This document shows positions 28,548 through 40,383 of a DNA stretch of 64,000 nt, piece by piece. The notes under the pieces are model-generated. The model worked only from the letters and a program-made list of their open reading frames with translations. It did no database searches and was not told the origin of the DNA. The position numbers and the translations under genes were made by a program. This DNA is from Nageia nagi (taxonomy: Eukaryota > Plantae > Pinophyta): the NCBI GenBank assembly GCA_050084985.1, contig JBITNC010000002.1:16430001-16494000 (forward strand), written 5' to 3'. Position 1 is the stretch's first letter. Every line of letters begins with the position of its first letter.

Positions 28548-29119
28548 CTATTAAATATGCACTTTAATTTGCTAACAATTGCTCTTGCTTTAGTATCTTA
28601 AGGACTGCTATGAATGATGCAAAATATTTATCTTCTAGAGATGAGAATAACCTCAAGTAAAACAATCACGAATTTTCCTGTAAACGGTTTCAACATTTTA
28701 TTCATTAGCCTTGTGAAAGGAGATAAACTACAAAATTTTGAAATATCATATAGTAAGGGTACACCTATCCATATACATTGGTAGAAGCATGGTTAGCAGA
28801 ATGACCAATTAATCGTGAAAGTCTTCTTGGAATTGCGATCAACAAGGCAAACAGTTTTTCTAGAAATGATTTTTTTTAATTTTTCTAACTTAAGTGATTT
28901 GGTTTACAAAAATTGCGATTCCGATTCCTCAAAAAATCGTGATTAGATCACAATTCTCGATGTTAAAATTGCCAATTTGTAACAAAATAGCACATGAAAA
29001 AGGCTTGTCAAGGGGTGCACCGCCATACTACCACATTCATGCACTACCATGCAGAAGAACATCAAAGATTTGGATATTGATTTCACCTCCTAACAAAAAT
29101 GACACTATATATGCATGCA

Positions 29120-29421
29120 AAGACAAACACACTTCATTTTATACTCACTTTTGGCATTTTGATTTGACATATTCATGTCGAAGTCTACTTTATGTATTTT
29201 CTTAGTACTCTTTAATTTTACTAGTTTACTACTATGATTTCAAACTTCAGTATACCTGATTAGAGATTTCACATCTATTATTATTTACTAGACCAATTCA
29301 GACTTAATGACATTATGTGATGATTATGTCCATTGTCTTATGATTATTGATTATGACTCATTTTGATATTCTGATTCATACTTGATTTCTAATTTCAGTT
29401 CCCAGAGCCTTGGGAACCTTG
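29120..29421 (+). mobile_element. 3'-end fragment of the same hAT family
   Basis: Similar to 27545-27760; ends in GGGAACCTTG. Confidence 0.6.
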
Positions 29422-29915
29422 TGTAATACAAAATTGAAAACTCTACGATTTCCAATTTTACATTATGTTTTCATTTGTGAAATATGTTCTTTGATATGGA
29501 ATGTTGTCTTATTTGATATGCAATGTTTAGAGATAGCTAAAATTGATTTGTTTAAATGTTAAATTGGGAAAATTCTTTGGTTTTTCTTCTTTACCGATTT
29601 TTTCGCAGATTTCGATCCAATTCTTGATTAATCCAAATCCTCCAGCCAACGATTCCGATCCGATTCCAATCTTGACAACTTTGGGTAGAAAAAGATCATG
29701 ATAGAAACATAAGAGATGAAATGTTAGAGAGATTTGATGACCTTTGATTTGAACTTTATGTTTAATATTGTTTTTACTTCAAAAATATTTATTTTGTGTT
29801 TTTGATCAGAAAATTAACTTTCTTGTTTGAATCGGCCAAACTTATCTTTACAATTTCTATGTTGCATGCATCAAATTTTACTTCTTCTGTTGAGATTTGT
29901 TTTGCCTGTTGACAG

Positions 29916-30079
29916 ACAGGATCTGGTCATTTTTCTCCTATTGGTGGATATCATGCTGGAAGTGACATGGCCCTTATTTTGGATGTGGCACGATTTAAGT
30001 ATCCTCCTCATTGGGTTCCAGTTCCACTTCTTTGGGAGGCAATGAATACTGTAGATGCATCAACTCAACAATATAGGGG
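29916..30079 (+). CDS. PCS: Phytochelatin synthase exon with catalytic His and Asp ([34 protein letters not shown]...)
   Basis: Canonical PCS motifs GHFSP and LDVARFKY; gacAG acceptor, GTatg donor; in phase with neighbouring exons. Confidence 0.96.
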
Positions 30080-31299
30080 GTATGATTTCTTCCATTAAAT
30101 GGATCTTAGCTGATTAAGTTTGCCTAAATTGAATTTTAATTGATTATAATAGGCCTTTTCCAGTAGGCTGGATTGTAGTTGCTTAATCAAAATTTAATTT
30201 TCTAATTTCTGTTTTGACAGGTACAATAAAATTTTATGTTTTTAGTAATATGTGGCTATGCGCATGAGATTAACATTTTAATGGTTTTGTTGCAATGACC
30301 AAATTTGGGCTTTAATTTGCTAATGTTAACCCCTTGTTCATGATAATGACTTTGGACTAGTTTTGCTAGCAGCATAATATGAAGTTTTCAAACTGAATTC
30401 TCTTACGATATATCTTATTTTCATTCTCATGGTGGTTACCAAAATTGGAGGAAGGAAACCTGACTGTCTACTAACTAAACATTATTACAAATAATCACAT
30501 CTGTTCACAAAAATGGCCAACATTGCCACACATTCAAAATTGAAACCCTTAAATAATATGCTCTGGTTAAGTGACTAACTTTTCCCTTTAGATAAAAGAG
30601 ATATTCAAGGCCAAATTGGGCTCACGAATGGTCAGCATCAAAATTCTGAGAAATTACATATCCCTTAAATAGAGTTGGTAAAGAGAGCCAAGTGAAATTA
30701 AGACATCAGGTCAATGACCAATAGAAGATTACTAAGGTCTTGATTTATTTTGTAAGGGCTCATAGGGTACTGTCTTTGCATCATTATCTTGGACTTGTGA
30801 TATAGCGGTGAGATTTTCAGTATGGTTTGCAGTGTTTACAGTGGTATTTCAATTTGGATTTGCAGTATTGTCCGTGTGTGATTTTTGCATGCAACTTAGT
30901 TCATATCCTACCTTGGAGAGGGACGCCCGACTTAAGGAGTCCTATTTTAGTATTTTTGTTGCTTGATTTGAGCAGCCTTTATGCTCTTCTATGTAATGTG
31001 TGATAGAAAACTGATATAAAAAATATTGTGGTGTGTTTGTGACGATTTAGGGTTTTATGGTGCATTTTTCTAGGTTATTTGCAGATCTGATTTTTTGTTG
31101 ATAAAATTTTAGAACTAGCAAGTTAGTGTTATTACAGTGGTATCAGAGCTAGTTTCCAGCCAGCCTGAGGAAAAAAAAGGGTGTGGCATACCAGTCAGAG
31201 AATTGCAAGGTAGATATCCAGTCTGAAAAACTACTTGTATGTGATATGCAAGCACATGCAACTACATGCACGTGACATGCAAGCACGAAAGTTTTATTA

Positions 31300-31630
31300 A
31301 GAAATTTTGAAGGTTTGTGTAGATTAGCATTAGGAAATTTTTCTGGACACTTTTGAAGGTTGATTTTAGGGAAAAAAGTGAATGAAGAGGAATGGTTGAA
31401 TGTTTTTTGTCCATTTTACTTGCACTTGAATTCAAATGCAGAATTTGTATATCCATTTGTACTTTGGCAAGATGTAAAGCAGCCATTTCCCTTATGTCAT
31501 GGATACTGGAAGAAATATACAGGATATATTAGCAGTTTGGTGATCATATTGCCCTGGAAACAAAGGTTTAGACAAATGCCAGATTGAGCTGGATGAACTT
31601 GAGCTTGTCCTTGATCCACGATCTAAGGGT
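31300..31630 (+). pseudogene. Captured ATG2-like N-terminal (Chorein_N) fragment, frameshifted
   Basis: Reads GYISSLVIILPWK...[shift]CQIELDELELVLDP, resembling plant ATG2 GSIGSLLVKMPWK...CQVEVDELELVLAP. Confidence 0.65.
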
Positions 31631-32390
31631 AAGACCTTGAGATGCACTGAGCATGTTCTACTGCAGAAGTAGATTCCTAAAATTTTTGATACTCAATAAC
31701 CATCATTTAAAGTGCTCTAGGGCCCGTGAGAAAGGGGTTTTCACTTATACAGGTATCCGTGATGGAGCTCAGATGATATCAAACTAGGTGGAAAGCCTTC
31801 TGCTTGGTGTCCATGTTAAATGTTTGATTACATTTGAGCCTTGTACGAAGAACTGTTGAATGAAAGCAGGATTTGAAAGCGGCAGACAATCTCAACCCAT
31901 TTTGGTTATTAGATTGTCAGAATTAGAATATGGAGCAGTGGGGTCTAATTATTCTTGTTAAAATACTCATGTATATCCAGATGACGGAATAAATTTAAGA
32001 CTTATAAGGTTTCATGGTGCAAATGTTGATCTCTATGATGCGTCTGATAATGATATTGACAGGAAACCTCTGGGGCAGATTATGTGTTTAGGACCTGATG
32101 AGGATGACAGTTATGCTTTTCAGAAAGAATCGGTGATTAATGAGGGAATAGAGTGATTTTCAAGCATCCCTGCATCAGTGACAAAAGAAACAGAAAATTC
32201 TACTTTAATTTCAGATGACAGCTCATTCATGATGAAGGGGCAAAACTTTTGCAATGTCAAAATCGTTGAAGTGTATCAGAATGCTTCAACTGTTGTTTCT
32301 AAAGATATAACTCAGCAAATTTTGTCCTTCCTTCATTAGTATAAAGGACTATGACAACATAAACCGTCTTTCCTTGATGGTGTAACTTTA

Positions 32391-34769
32391 GTGTTAGAAA
32401 GTAAATCAAACCATGTTGACACTTTGAGATATGCCTGCAAGATTTCTCATTTTCATACAAGCAACTTGCAAGTATCAAATGATGTTTCTACACAGTTGAA
32501 AGAAGTTGTTGATGTTGCAAACGTCATGAAGGAGCTTGGATATGATTGTATTATAGATGCTACACATTGCAAGGATATAGTGTCATTGTTTTGTCTATTC
32601 AAACAGCAAACAGTTTCCAAGATAATTAGCGCAGTTGTCTGTTTTCATATGGGGCTTGTGGATTCTCAAAGCACACATACAACATTTAATTCTTCACCTT
32701 TTAATGGTCACATTGATGTCCTTGTGGATTGGATCAATGAATTCGCTCCACAGATCAATTGGTATTCTGTAATGGAGACTTTAGATCATGAAAAAGTCTA
32801 CTTACCAAATCAAGAGGCATTCTCTACGTTGATGTCCGTATATACAAAAACCTACCACGGTTCTTTTCCTGTTCAAACAGTTTGTGGAATCGTGAGAAAG
32901 AATGATGCAGGGCAACTATCCTTCTTGATATATGTTGTAATTTCTTTTCCTGAAATTCTCACGTTTGCAAATTCAAGGAGGTTCCAATTACCTTTGGAAT
33001 ATGCAAATGGAAATAAACTTCCATGTGGTCCTACAAATCAGGCATGGTTGTCCATTGATCTAGTAGAAGTTCTATGCCAGTTGGCTGAAATGGGGCATGT
33101 GAGTGCTGTATATGAAATTGTTTATTCTGTAGTTGAAAGGTATAAAAGGCAGACTGTTGCTGAGTTTGGGATTCCTTTGTTTGCTCAAGAAGTTGTAGAC
33201 TCTGAAAATAATAAGAAAGGAATTAATGAAGCTGAGTTTGTTGCTAATGGTGGTGAAAGGGGTGTTTCTCCTTTGCAATTAAGGACTGTAGCTATGACAT
33301 TTTTAAGCTATGGACTGACAATGTCAAAAGAGCGGTGTGAAGAGACTGAATTAGTTGCATTACAGACTATTCCGCAGAATAGCTGCAATGACATGGCCAA
33401 AGATCTAACACTAATAATTCTGTTAGAAAAGGAATTAAATGTTCTTGTAGCTGGGGTCGAATGTTGTCATATAATACATGGAAATACCATGAAATACATT
33501 AGTCTGGCAGTGGCAGCAAAATTTGGAAATGTAGTTTCTGTGTTGGTTGCAACTTCTTGTTTTTCATTTGATCTTTTGACACCCATACGGATCTTAATGC
33601 AAAATCTACTGAGTGACATAATTCAAATCTTCATTCCTTGGGACAAAATAGATCCAGAGTATGTTAGAATACCTCATTACTGGCCGACAAATGGCATAGC
33701 TACATTTATGTTGTGGAATGGTCCTACAATTAACATTCTTAGTATTGCTACATTCTTGTTTGTATGTTGGTATTATGATGTAGATGTAGTGGACACACAA
33801 AAATTCTTTCATTCAGCATGGTTTGTGAAGGGACTTCTTATGCAAAGTCTCATTATCTACATGACCAGAACTGGAAAAATTCCCTTTATTCAAAGGACTG
33901 CCTCATGGCCAGTAATATGTGCAACTCTGGTGATATCTACAGTAGGCATAAGTGATCACTGTTATTCTGACATAGTTTTTCTGCAGCCTTGTAATGGAAT
34001 TGATGAGCATTTTGTTGGAGCTTGTGTTGAAATGAGAAGACAGTTGTTGTTGTTGGCAGCAGAAGACATTGCTTTTGAGTTGTTGTTGAAAGTTGTTAAT
34101 GGTTGGGATAGAGCTGTCATGAAGTGGTTGTTTGAACAACATTTTGAGCTTGAAGACTCTGGTTGCGAAAAGACATACAAAAAGTTTATGGACAGTTATT
34201 TCATGGCTGTGTTTTGCGTTGATTGCTCATGGAGTACTGTTATTGTTGTAATTTATATTGATCAAGCAGCAACAAAAGCTGACATGCAATCAACTTCGAA
34301 ATACTTTGAAAGAGCTGTTGAAGGAGAATCTTATTTCATGGCTCTAGAAGAGTACTTTGATGCTGACATACAGTTGATTTGGGATCCTGGAATCACAACT
34401 AGTTATGGTTATCCTTTGGTTCAGTTAGGAGTTGTTGAGGATGTGTTGACAATGCTTGTGCATTTCTTCTCCAGGCCTTCAGTTGGTTTGAGTTCAGCCC
34501 AACCAAATGATATTGAGATTACGTTTTTATTGCTTGTGGACAAGCAATTTTGGGAGGGGCGGTATTGTAATGTCCCGAATTTGATATTTGTTCGATATGT
34601 CATTCACCTTATGTTCACTTATGTTAATGTTTTGAAAGTGAAGTGGGACACCCCTTGTCTTCATGTGTTAGGAGACATAATATTATATTTTAGTGTTGAG
34701 TTTGGTGTTTTAAGTCGTTTTAGGGTTTCTCCACTCAACGAAGAAATAAAATGTCTAGCCTATATATGA
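32391..34769 (+). CDS. 792-codon chimeric ORF: NOT1 N-terminal fragment + P3B (MgtA-like) Mg2+-ATPase C-terminal TM region + retroelement-type tail running into the 3' LTR
   Basis: NOT1-like MKELGY...APQINW..VMETLDHE..YLPNQEAF...GQLSFL...NQAWLSIDLVEVLCQLAEMGH (~32510-33120). MgtA-like IILLEKELNVL...GNTMKYI...FGNVVSVLVA...QNLLSD...IPWDK...FHSAWFV.GLLMQSLII..RT.KIPFIQ..ASWPV (~33393-33950). The ORF-track start is GTG; expression is unknown. Confidence 0.8.
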   Translation: MLESKSNHVDTLRYACKISHFHTSNLQVSNDVSTQLKEVVDVANVMKELGYDCIIDATHCKDIVSLFCLFKQQTVSKIISAVVCFHMGLVDSQSTHTTFNSSPFNGHIDVLVDWINEFAPQINWYSVMETLDHEKVYLPNQEAFSTLMSVYTKTYHGSFPVQTVCGIVRKNDAGQLSFLIYVVISFPEILTFANSRRFQLPLEYANGNKLPCGPTNQAWLSIDLVEVLCQLAEMGHVSAVYEIVYSVVERYKRQTVAEFGIPLFAQEVVDSENNKKGINEAEFVANGGERGVSPLQLRTVAMTFLSYGLTMSKERCEETELVALQTIPQNSCNDMAKDLTLIILLEKELNVLVAGVECCHIIHGNTMKYISLAVAAKFGNVVSVLVATSCFSFDLLTPIRILMQNLLSDIIQIFIPWDKIDPEYVRIPHYWPTNGIATFMLWNGPTINILSIATFLFVCWYYDVDVVDTQKFFHSAWFVKGLLMQSLIIYMTRTGKIPFIQRTASWPVICATLVISTVGISDHCYSDIVFLQPCNGIDEHFVGACVEMRRQLLLLAAEDIAFELLLKVVNGWDRAVMKWLFEQHFELEDSGCEKTYKKFMDSYFMAVFCVDCSWSTVIVVIYIDQAATKADMQSTSKYFERAVEGESYFMALEEYFDADIQLIWDPGITTSYGYPLVQLGVVEDVLTMLVHFFSRPSVGLSSAQPNDIEITFLLLVDKQFWEGRYCNVPNLIFVRYVIHLMFTYVNVLKVKWDTPCLHVLGDIILYFSVEFGVLSRFRVSPLNEEIKCLAYI

Positions 34770-35322
34770 GTGGAGCATCCATTATGGGCTATGTTATTTT
34801 GATATTATATTTGATCATTGAGAGTTTGGGTTGAAAATCCTATCTCTACTTTTGTTGGATTTGGGAGATGTCCTCTTGTTCGGTTGAAGAGTCATTTTGA
34901 TGGTTTAGATGTGCCCTTTGCCATTAAAGTGATAGTGGATAGATTCATCCAGAGTCTACACTTGGACATTCAAGAATTTTAGCAGTATAGCAATGAGATT
35001 TTCAGTGTGGTTTGCAATGTTTGCAGTGGTATTTCAGTTTGGATTTGCAGTATTGTCAGTGTGTGGTTTTTGCATGCAACTTAGTCCATATCCTACCTTG
35101 GAGAGGGAAGTCCGGCTTAAGGAGGCCTATTTTAATATTTTTGTTTCTTTATTTAAGCAACCTTTATGTTCTTTTATTTAATTTGTGTGATAGAAAAATA
35201 ATATAAAAATATTATGGTTTATTTGTGACAATTTAGGGTTTTATGGTGCATTTTTCTGGGTTATTTGCAGATCTGATTTTTTATTGATAAAATTTTAGAA
35301 ATAGCAAGTTAGAGTTATTACA
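34566..35322 (+). repeat. 3' LTR of the gene-capturing element
   Basis: TGTAAT...ATTACA terminal inverted repeat, preceded by a PPT; its 3' part is duplicated at 30801-31136. Confidence 0.88.
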
Positions 35323-36000
35323 AAGCCACCATGAAGTTGATGAGTGTGTGATTCCTTGTGTCTATCCACAAATATGATAAAATACTCTACCCATGTCCGC
35401 AAATGTCATCACCATGGCATCCCAGTAAGGACTATTTGCAACATTAAAAGGAAAGTTGCAAGAGGACCAAAACATTACCGCTGTTGCTCAAGCTGCATTG
35501 AGCTCTTCTTTCTACCATGCTATAGTGTCAAGGCAAGGTTGTGCCTTTCCATGAGGAACAAATAAACCCTTAGCTATATTATACCTCTCTATGGTATCAC
35601 CACCTGAAGATCGAACACATGGACAAAGAATAGAATTTGATGTTGATATTGACTCATAAGCTGCACAATCACTGATGCCAAAGTTCTCAAGCCCAACTCC
35701 AACTACAACCTTGGTTCCTTTATTTTCCATCTTCTCTACCTAGAAACAAAGTAGGGCTTGTACTCACAAGTGAACTTAGGGTCCACAACATTGTAAAGCC
35801 CTACATCTCGACCAGGTATCCTCAAAAGATGTTATTTGAATCCATGAATACCATGCTTCCAAGTCGGATCCTTGGCTAGTAATGGAGATGAATGGTCCTT
35901 GAATTCGGAAGCCATTTACAAACAAAAACACCCATTTAAGTTATGGGCATACCAAAAAATGAAAATAATAACAATAATAATTTTGTTCAAAAAAAATAAA
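35323..36000 (-). mobile_element. Degenerate hAT transposase fragment
   Basis: Minus strand reads FWSSCNFPFNVANSPYW and WIDTRNHTLINFMVA (DUF659 motifs) and stops at the LTR edge. Confidence 0.65.
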
Positions 36001-36353
36001 AAACCTAATCTTCTACAAAGTACAAATAAAATCTAAACTAGTAGTGGAACGTTAATCAGCTTTAAAAAAAAGAAAAAAACCTAACCCTAATTGTTTTTTA
36101 GTAAATCTACAAAGTATGAAAAAAAAACTCTTTGAAATATGGGCCTTGCTATAAGTGAAGTTGAACAAAGAAAAAATTACTTTAGAAAAAAATTAAATAC
36201 CCTAATGTTGGGATGCTTTTCTTTCCCGTGGTGACCCTCTGAAGATCGCATGTAGGACTTACGAGCCACCCAACAACATAGTTGGGAATGCGTTACCAAT
36301 TCCCCCGTTTGAAAAGGACTGGGTACCTCCAAGGCTCTTGTCGAAACACCTAC

Positions 36354-39300
36354 TCAATGACTCAATGTTTTGTCGTTGTAGGTATGCTTGCCAAGCGAGA
36401 TCACGTGCTTGGGAAAGTGTTTTTGGTCTAGGGATAGGTGAAAGAAAGTGCGGTATCCCTCTTTGGAATCAGCCTCAATGGAATGGAATGAAAAGTAGCC
36501 ATGTGTTAACCAACGTTGTTTTATTTGATGTATAGAGTTTATTCAAAATATCTGTGTGGACTTAATGATTGTATTTGGTTTTGAAACCATAAATAAAGCA
36601 TAAAGAAAGCACAAATAAAATACTGTAAAGTGAGAGACTACACTTTGTGAAACAAAAATGGATACTTGGTCAGATACCAAATGAGTCACCACGATGAAGC
36701 ATTGTCTAAAATGTTCATCCTTTTTGGATCAGTTTAGGGATTTCATTCAATTCATCCAGCTTTGCGAACAAACAACTATGTTAAAGTTGTTTCAAAGAGC
36801 AGCGGGGAGGAATGACGATTACGAGCAATCAAATGGACTTGGTGGAAGAATGTGGGAAGAACAAGAGTTTGGATGTAAACCTCTAGTTTGATGTCATAAA
36901 ATAGGAAACAGATTCAGAATACCTTATCTAGTGCATGCTATGAACCAAGCAATTATCAAGGATTGATTTCCAACACTTTAAATAATAAAGCAATGATACA
37001 TTCCCTAAAACTCTCGAGTTTTCAAAGGAAGGATGCGAAAGTGTCAAACGAGCAGTGATAATCCTTAAGAAACAATTCACAACACCACAAATGGATAAAC
37101 AAGCTCGATCTTTGCCTTAACCACTTTGTATTAACTTATAAAAGAGTTGTGCAAGGATACATCAATTTGCTCCTCTTTTACAAAAGTTTCACTTTTTTCA
37201 CAAAATGAGCTCTGGTGAAAATGAGACCCCATGCCACTTATTTATAGGCAAAATTAGGTCAAATTCTCAAGTGTTGCCCTAATTTCTAGAAAAACACTAA
37301 AATGCTAATTTGAATGTCAAATTGAGATTACAATATCGTTTTAGTGGGAGAACAATCTCATCCCACTAAAATATGCTTGAAATAAAATATTTACAAAAAT
37401 TGATGCCCTCCAGCATAGATTTCGAGGCGTTTTGCATCAATTTGGCAAAATTTGGAGCTTAAAATCATTGTTCTGGATTTGTTCGTCAATCTTTTGAGCT
37501 CCTTTCTTCAGTTTGGATTCACCCTCGATGTGATCGTTTTGGCAAAATTTGAAGGAATATTGAGAAAACTTTCCGAAAAAAGTGAATTTTTGGTCTATTT
37601 TTCGGAAAAGATGGGGGGGTCCGAAATTTGGAAAATTTAAAAAAATGGGTTTGACCCCATGGATGGATGAAGCATGGGATTTTAAGGTTCTTGGGAAGTT
37701 TTGAGAGGATTTGGAGCCTTTTTGCATTGAATTTGGGGCTTTTTATGAGGGGGCATTTTGGAGGTTTTGGCATGATTTTCCTCTTTTTTCAAAAATTTCA
37801 AAGGCCAAAGTGCTTGAAACCTTATTCCACACATGATCTCCAAATTTCTTTTTTTTTTTTATGAAAAAGTGAAGATTTTCAGCCTTTAGATCTTGTATCT
37901 TGAGAATTTTTTGTGTTTTTCTTCACTTTTTTGGATCAAAATCACTTCTCTTCACAATGGAAATGGGTACCCAAATCAATCATCAAAATTGATTTCTAAA
38001 ATTTGGATCTTGAGTCACAATTTTCAAGATTTGAAGTTTTCGCTTTTTTCTGATTTTGTCCATTTTGGGAGGGCAAATCCATGATTTGAGGGGTTTTTCT
38101 TGTCCAAATAATGCACTTGGAAGACCAAACTGGTGTAGAATTAAATTTTGCACCCCATGAAGCTCACAAATTCCACTTTGACAACTTTTAAGCCTTCTTG
38201 ATGCTAGGCGCAGGTTTTAGGAGTTTATGCAAGTTTTTGGAAAATTTTGAAAAGTGAGGGAAACAAGTCAAAACTGCTGCCTAGCTTTTTGAGGGGGTAA
38301 ACTTGATTATTTTGCAACATTGCAAGAGGCAATATTGATCTCCTTTGAATTTGACAACCTACCTTTCTTTTCAATTTTAATTTTGAGAATTTTGAAAAAT
38401 TTGAAAAATTTTAGAGCTCTCCCATTGGCTGATCCAAATTTTGGGGTTTTGAGGGAGTAGATCAACTTTTTTTCAAAAACTTAAAACATAAATGATATGC
38501 AAAATTGGATTTCCTATGCACCTAGGACCAAATTTTTGAATTTTTGAGCAAAAAAGGGGGCTTGCATGCTAGGTGCAGGTTTTGAGAGAATTAGGCAAGT
38601 TTTGGAAAAAATGGAAAATGAGGGAAGAGTCTCAAAACTCCCCCCTAACTTTTTGGGAGGCAAAACTTGATTTTTTTGCAACATTGCAAGAGGCAATGTT
38701 GGTATCCTTTGAATTTTGCACCCTACCTCACTCTCCTTTTTTGATTTGGCCAATTTTGGAAAATTTAGAAAAATTTGGAGCTCTCTCATTGGCCAATCAA
38801 ATTTTGATGATTTGAGGAAGTAGATCTCATTTTTTTGGAAAACTCAAATCGTCAAACTTGTGTGAAATCCCATTATAGACCCCATGAAGATAAAAAATTT
38901 CACTTTTTTGCAATTTTGGAGCACAAGAAGGGTAGGCATAGGTTTTAGGTTGTTTAGGCCATTTTCGAAATTTAACAAAACATGGGAAACATGCCAAAAC
39001 CAGTGCCTAGCCTTTTGAGGGGTATTTTTTGTTTTTTTTGAAAATTCCAAGAGGAAAAGTACCTAAAATTGGGTTTGGCACCCTACCTTATCCTTGGATT
39101 TTCATTTTTGCATATTTGAAATTTTGGAAAAAATGGAGCATTCTTATTGGCTGTCCTTATGCTCATTTTCCATTTTTCTCACTTTCGGTGGAGCAAAACT
39201 TGTTGAAATTGCGAACTTGAAAGACGAATTTGATGTAGAATCATGATCCCCACGCTCTTGAGCTAAAAAATTGCCATTTCGGATCAATCTGGGCCCTCCA

Positions 39301-40383
39301 AAAGGTAGGCGCAAGTTTTGAAGAGAATAGGCCATTTTTTCAAAATTTGACTAAGGGAAAACTCGCAAAACTCCCTCCTAACTTTTCGGGGATCAAAACT
39401 TGAGTTTTTTTGAAATTTCCAAGAGTAGAGTGGCCTTAATTTGTCATTTGGCACCATACCTCTCTCTTAGATTTTCATTTCAAGCACTTTGAAAAAACTC
39501 ACTTTTTAGGCTCAACTTGAAGCTTCTCGGATGCCAAAATGCTCATTTTCTGATTTTACCCCTAAAGGGTGCTCAAACTTGCTTTCCTCATTCATCCCGA
39601 GCTATATTGCACATTCCCAACCTTTCTCGTCCTTTATGGGCTCAAATGGTGTATTTTTGGCCATTTTCGACATTTCCGGGCTCTAAGTATGAATTTGAAA
39701 CATTTCCAGCTTTTCCGAACACTTCTGAGCTTGAACGGTGAGAAAACAATCATTTTCGGTATTTTCAAACATTTTGAGCTCAATCTTGGAATCTTGGTCA
39801 ATTCCGAGCTTTTCGAGCGTAAATCGTGCAAAAATGCACATTTCTACTACACTAACCACTCCCAAGCTCAAAATTGACCAAAATGCATTTTTCTGTGCTA
39901 TCGACCATTTCTTGGCTCTTCGGACTCAAAATTGACAAAAACACACTTTTTGGCCGTAGATGTCCTTTCTGGGTTCAATTTGTACAAAAACGCGTATGTT
40001 CGTTATCTTAACTGTATCCATTGCTCCCGAGCTCAAACTTGACGAAAAATGCACCTTTGGTCATCTTGACACCTCTATTGCTTAATCTTGCCAAGACAAC
40101 CCCACCTTCGCTGACCCCATCTTAGAGCCAAGAAATTTGTGCTCTATTAATAGCTCTCAGATCCTAGTTCATTGGCTACAAAACTGGCAGTTGGATACTC
40201 TGATACTCTTCAGGGTCTTTGTCGCATGATCTCCTTGAACGGCTCCCTGATATCATGTTTTTACTCTTCATACTGAACTATCCGTTGCCCAAAAGCCACA
40301 CTCAAGGCAATGCACATCATTGCCTTTGCAAAAATAGGGTCCCCAAGATGCTGCATCTTGGGGTGTGATGTGCGGGCACAACA
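36354..40383 (-). mobile_element. Putative ~4-kb solo LTR
   Basis: Right end homologous to 1-1181, starting TGTTGTG on the minus strand. Flanked by CCTAC at 36349-36353 and 40384-40388. Minus-strand TATA (CCTATAAATAA) near 37240; no coding domains. The left terminus reads TC, not TG. Confidence 0.6.
38200..39500. repeat. Four diverged ~365-bp tandem units inside the large LTR
   Basis: Recurring TAGG(C/T)GCA(G/A)GTTTT...GGGAAA...CAAAAC at ~38205, 38569, 38933 and 39306. Confidence 0.7.

Larger units (their letters stand above)
30801..35322 (+). mobile_element. Non-autonomous LTR retroelement carrying captured host-gene fragments
   Basis: 5'-truncated LTR ~30801-31136 matches 34987-35322. PBS TGGTATCAGAGC at 31138-31149, PPT GGGAGGGGCGG at ~34551, complete 3' LTR 34566-35322 (TGTAAT...ATTACA). 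No gag/RT/INT motifs inside. Confidence 0.88.

Noticed and set aside
30791-30801. TGTGAT at 30796 as the true 5' LTR start
   Set aside because: The preceding GGACT does not match AAGCC after the 3' LTR, and the hAT coding sequence at 35323 does not resume on the left; a deletion is more likely.
32391-34769. A genuine host NOT1 or Mg-ATPase gene, or bacterial contamination
   Set aside because: Only partial domains, no catalytic DKTGT region, and the ORF lies between PBS and PPT of an LTR element inside a plant intron.
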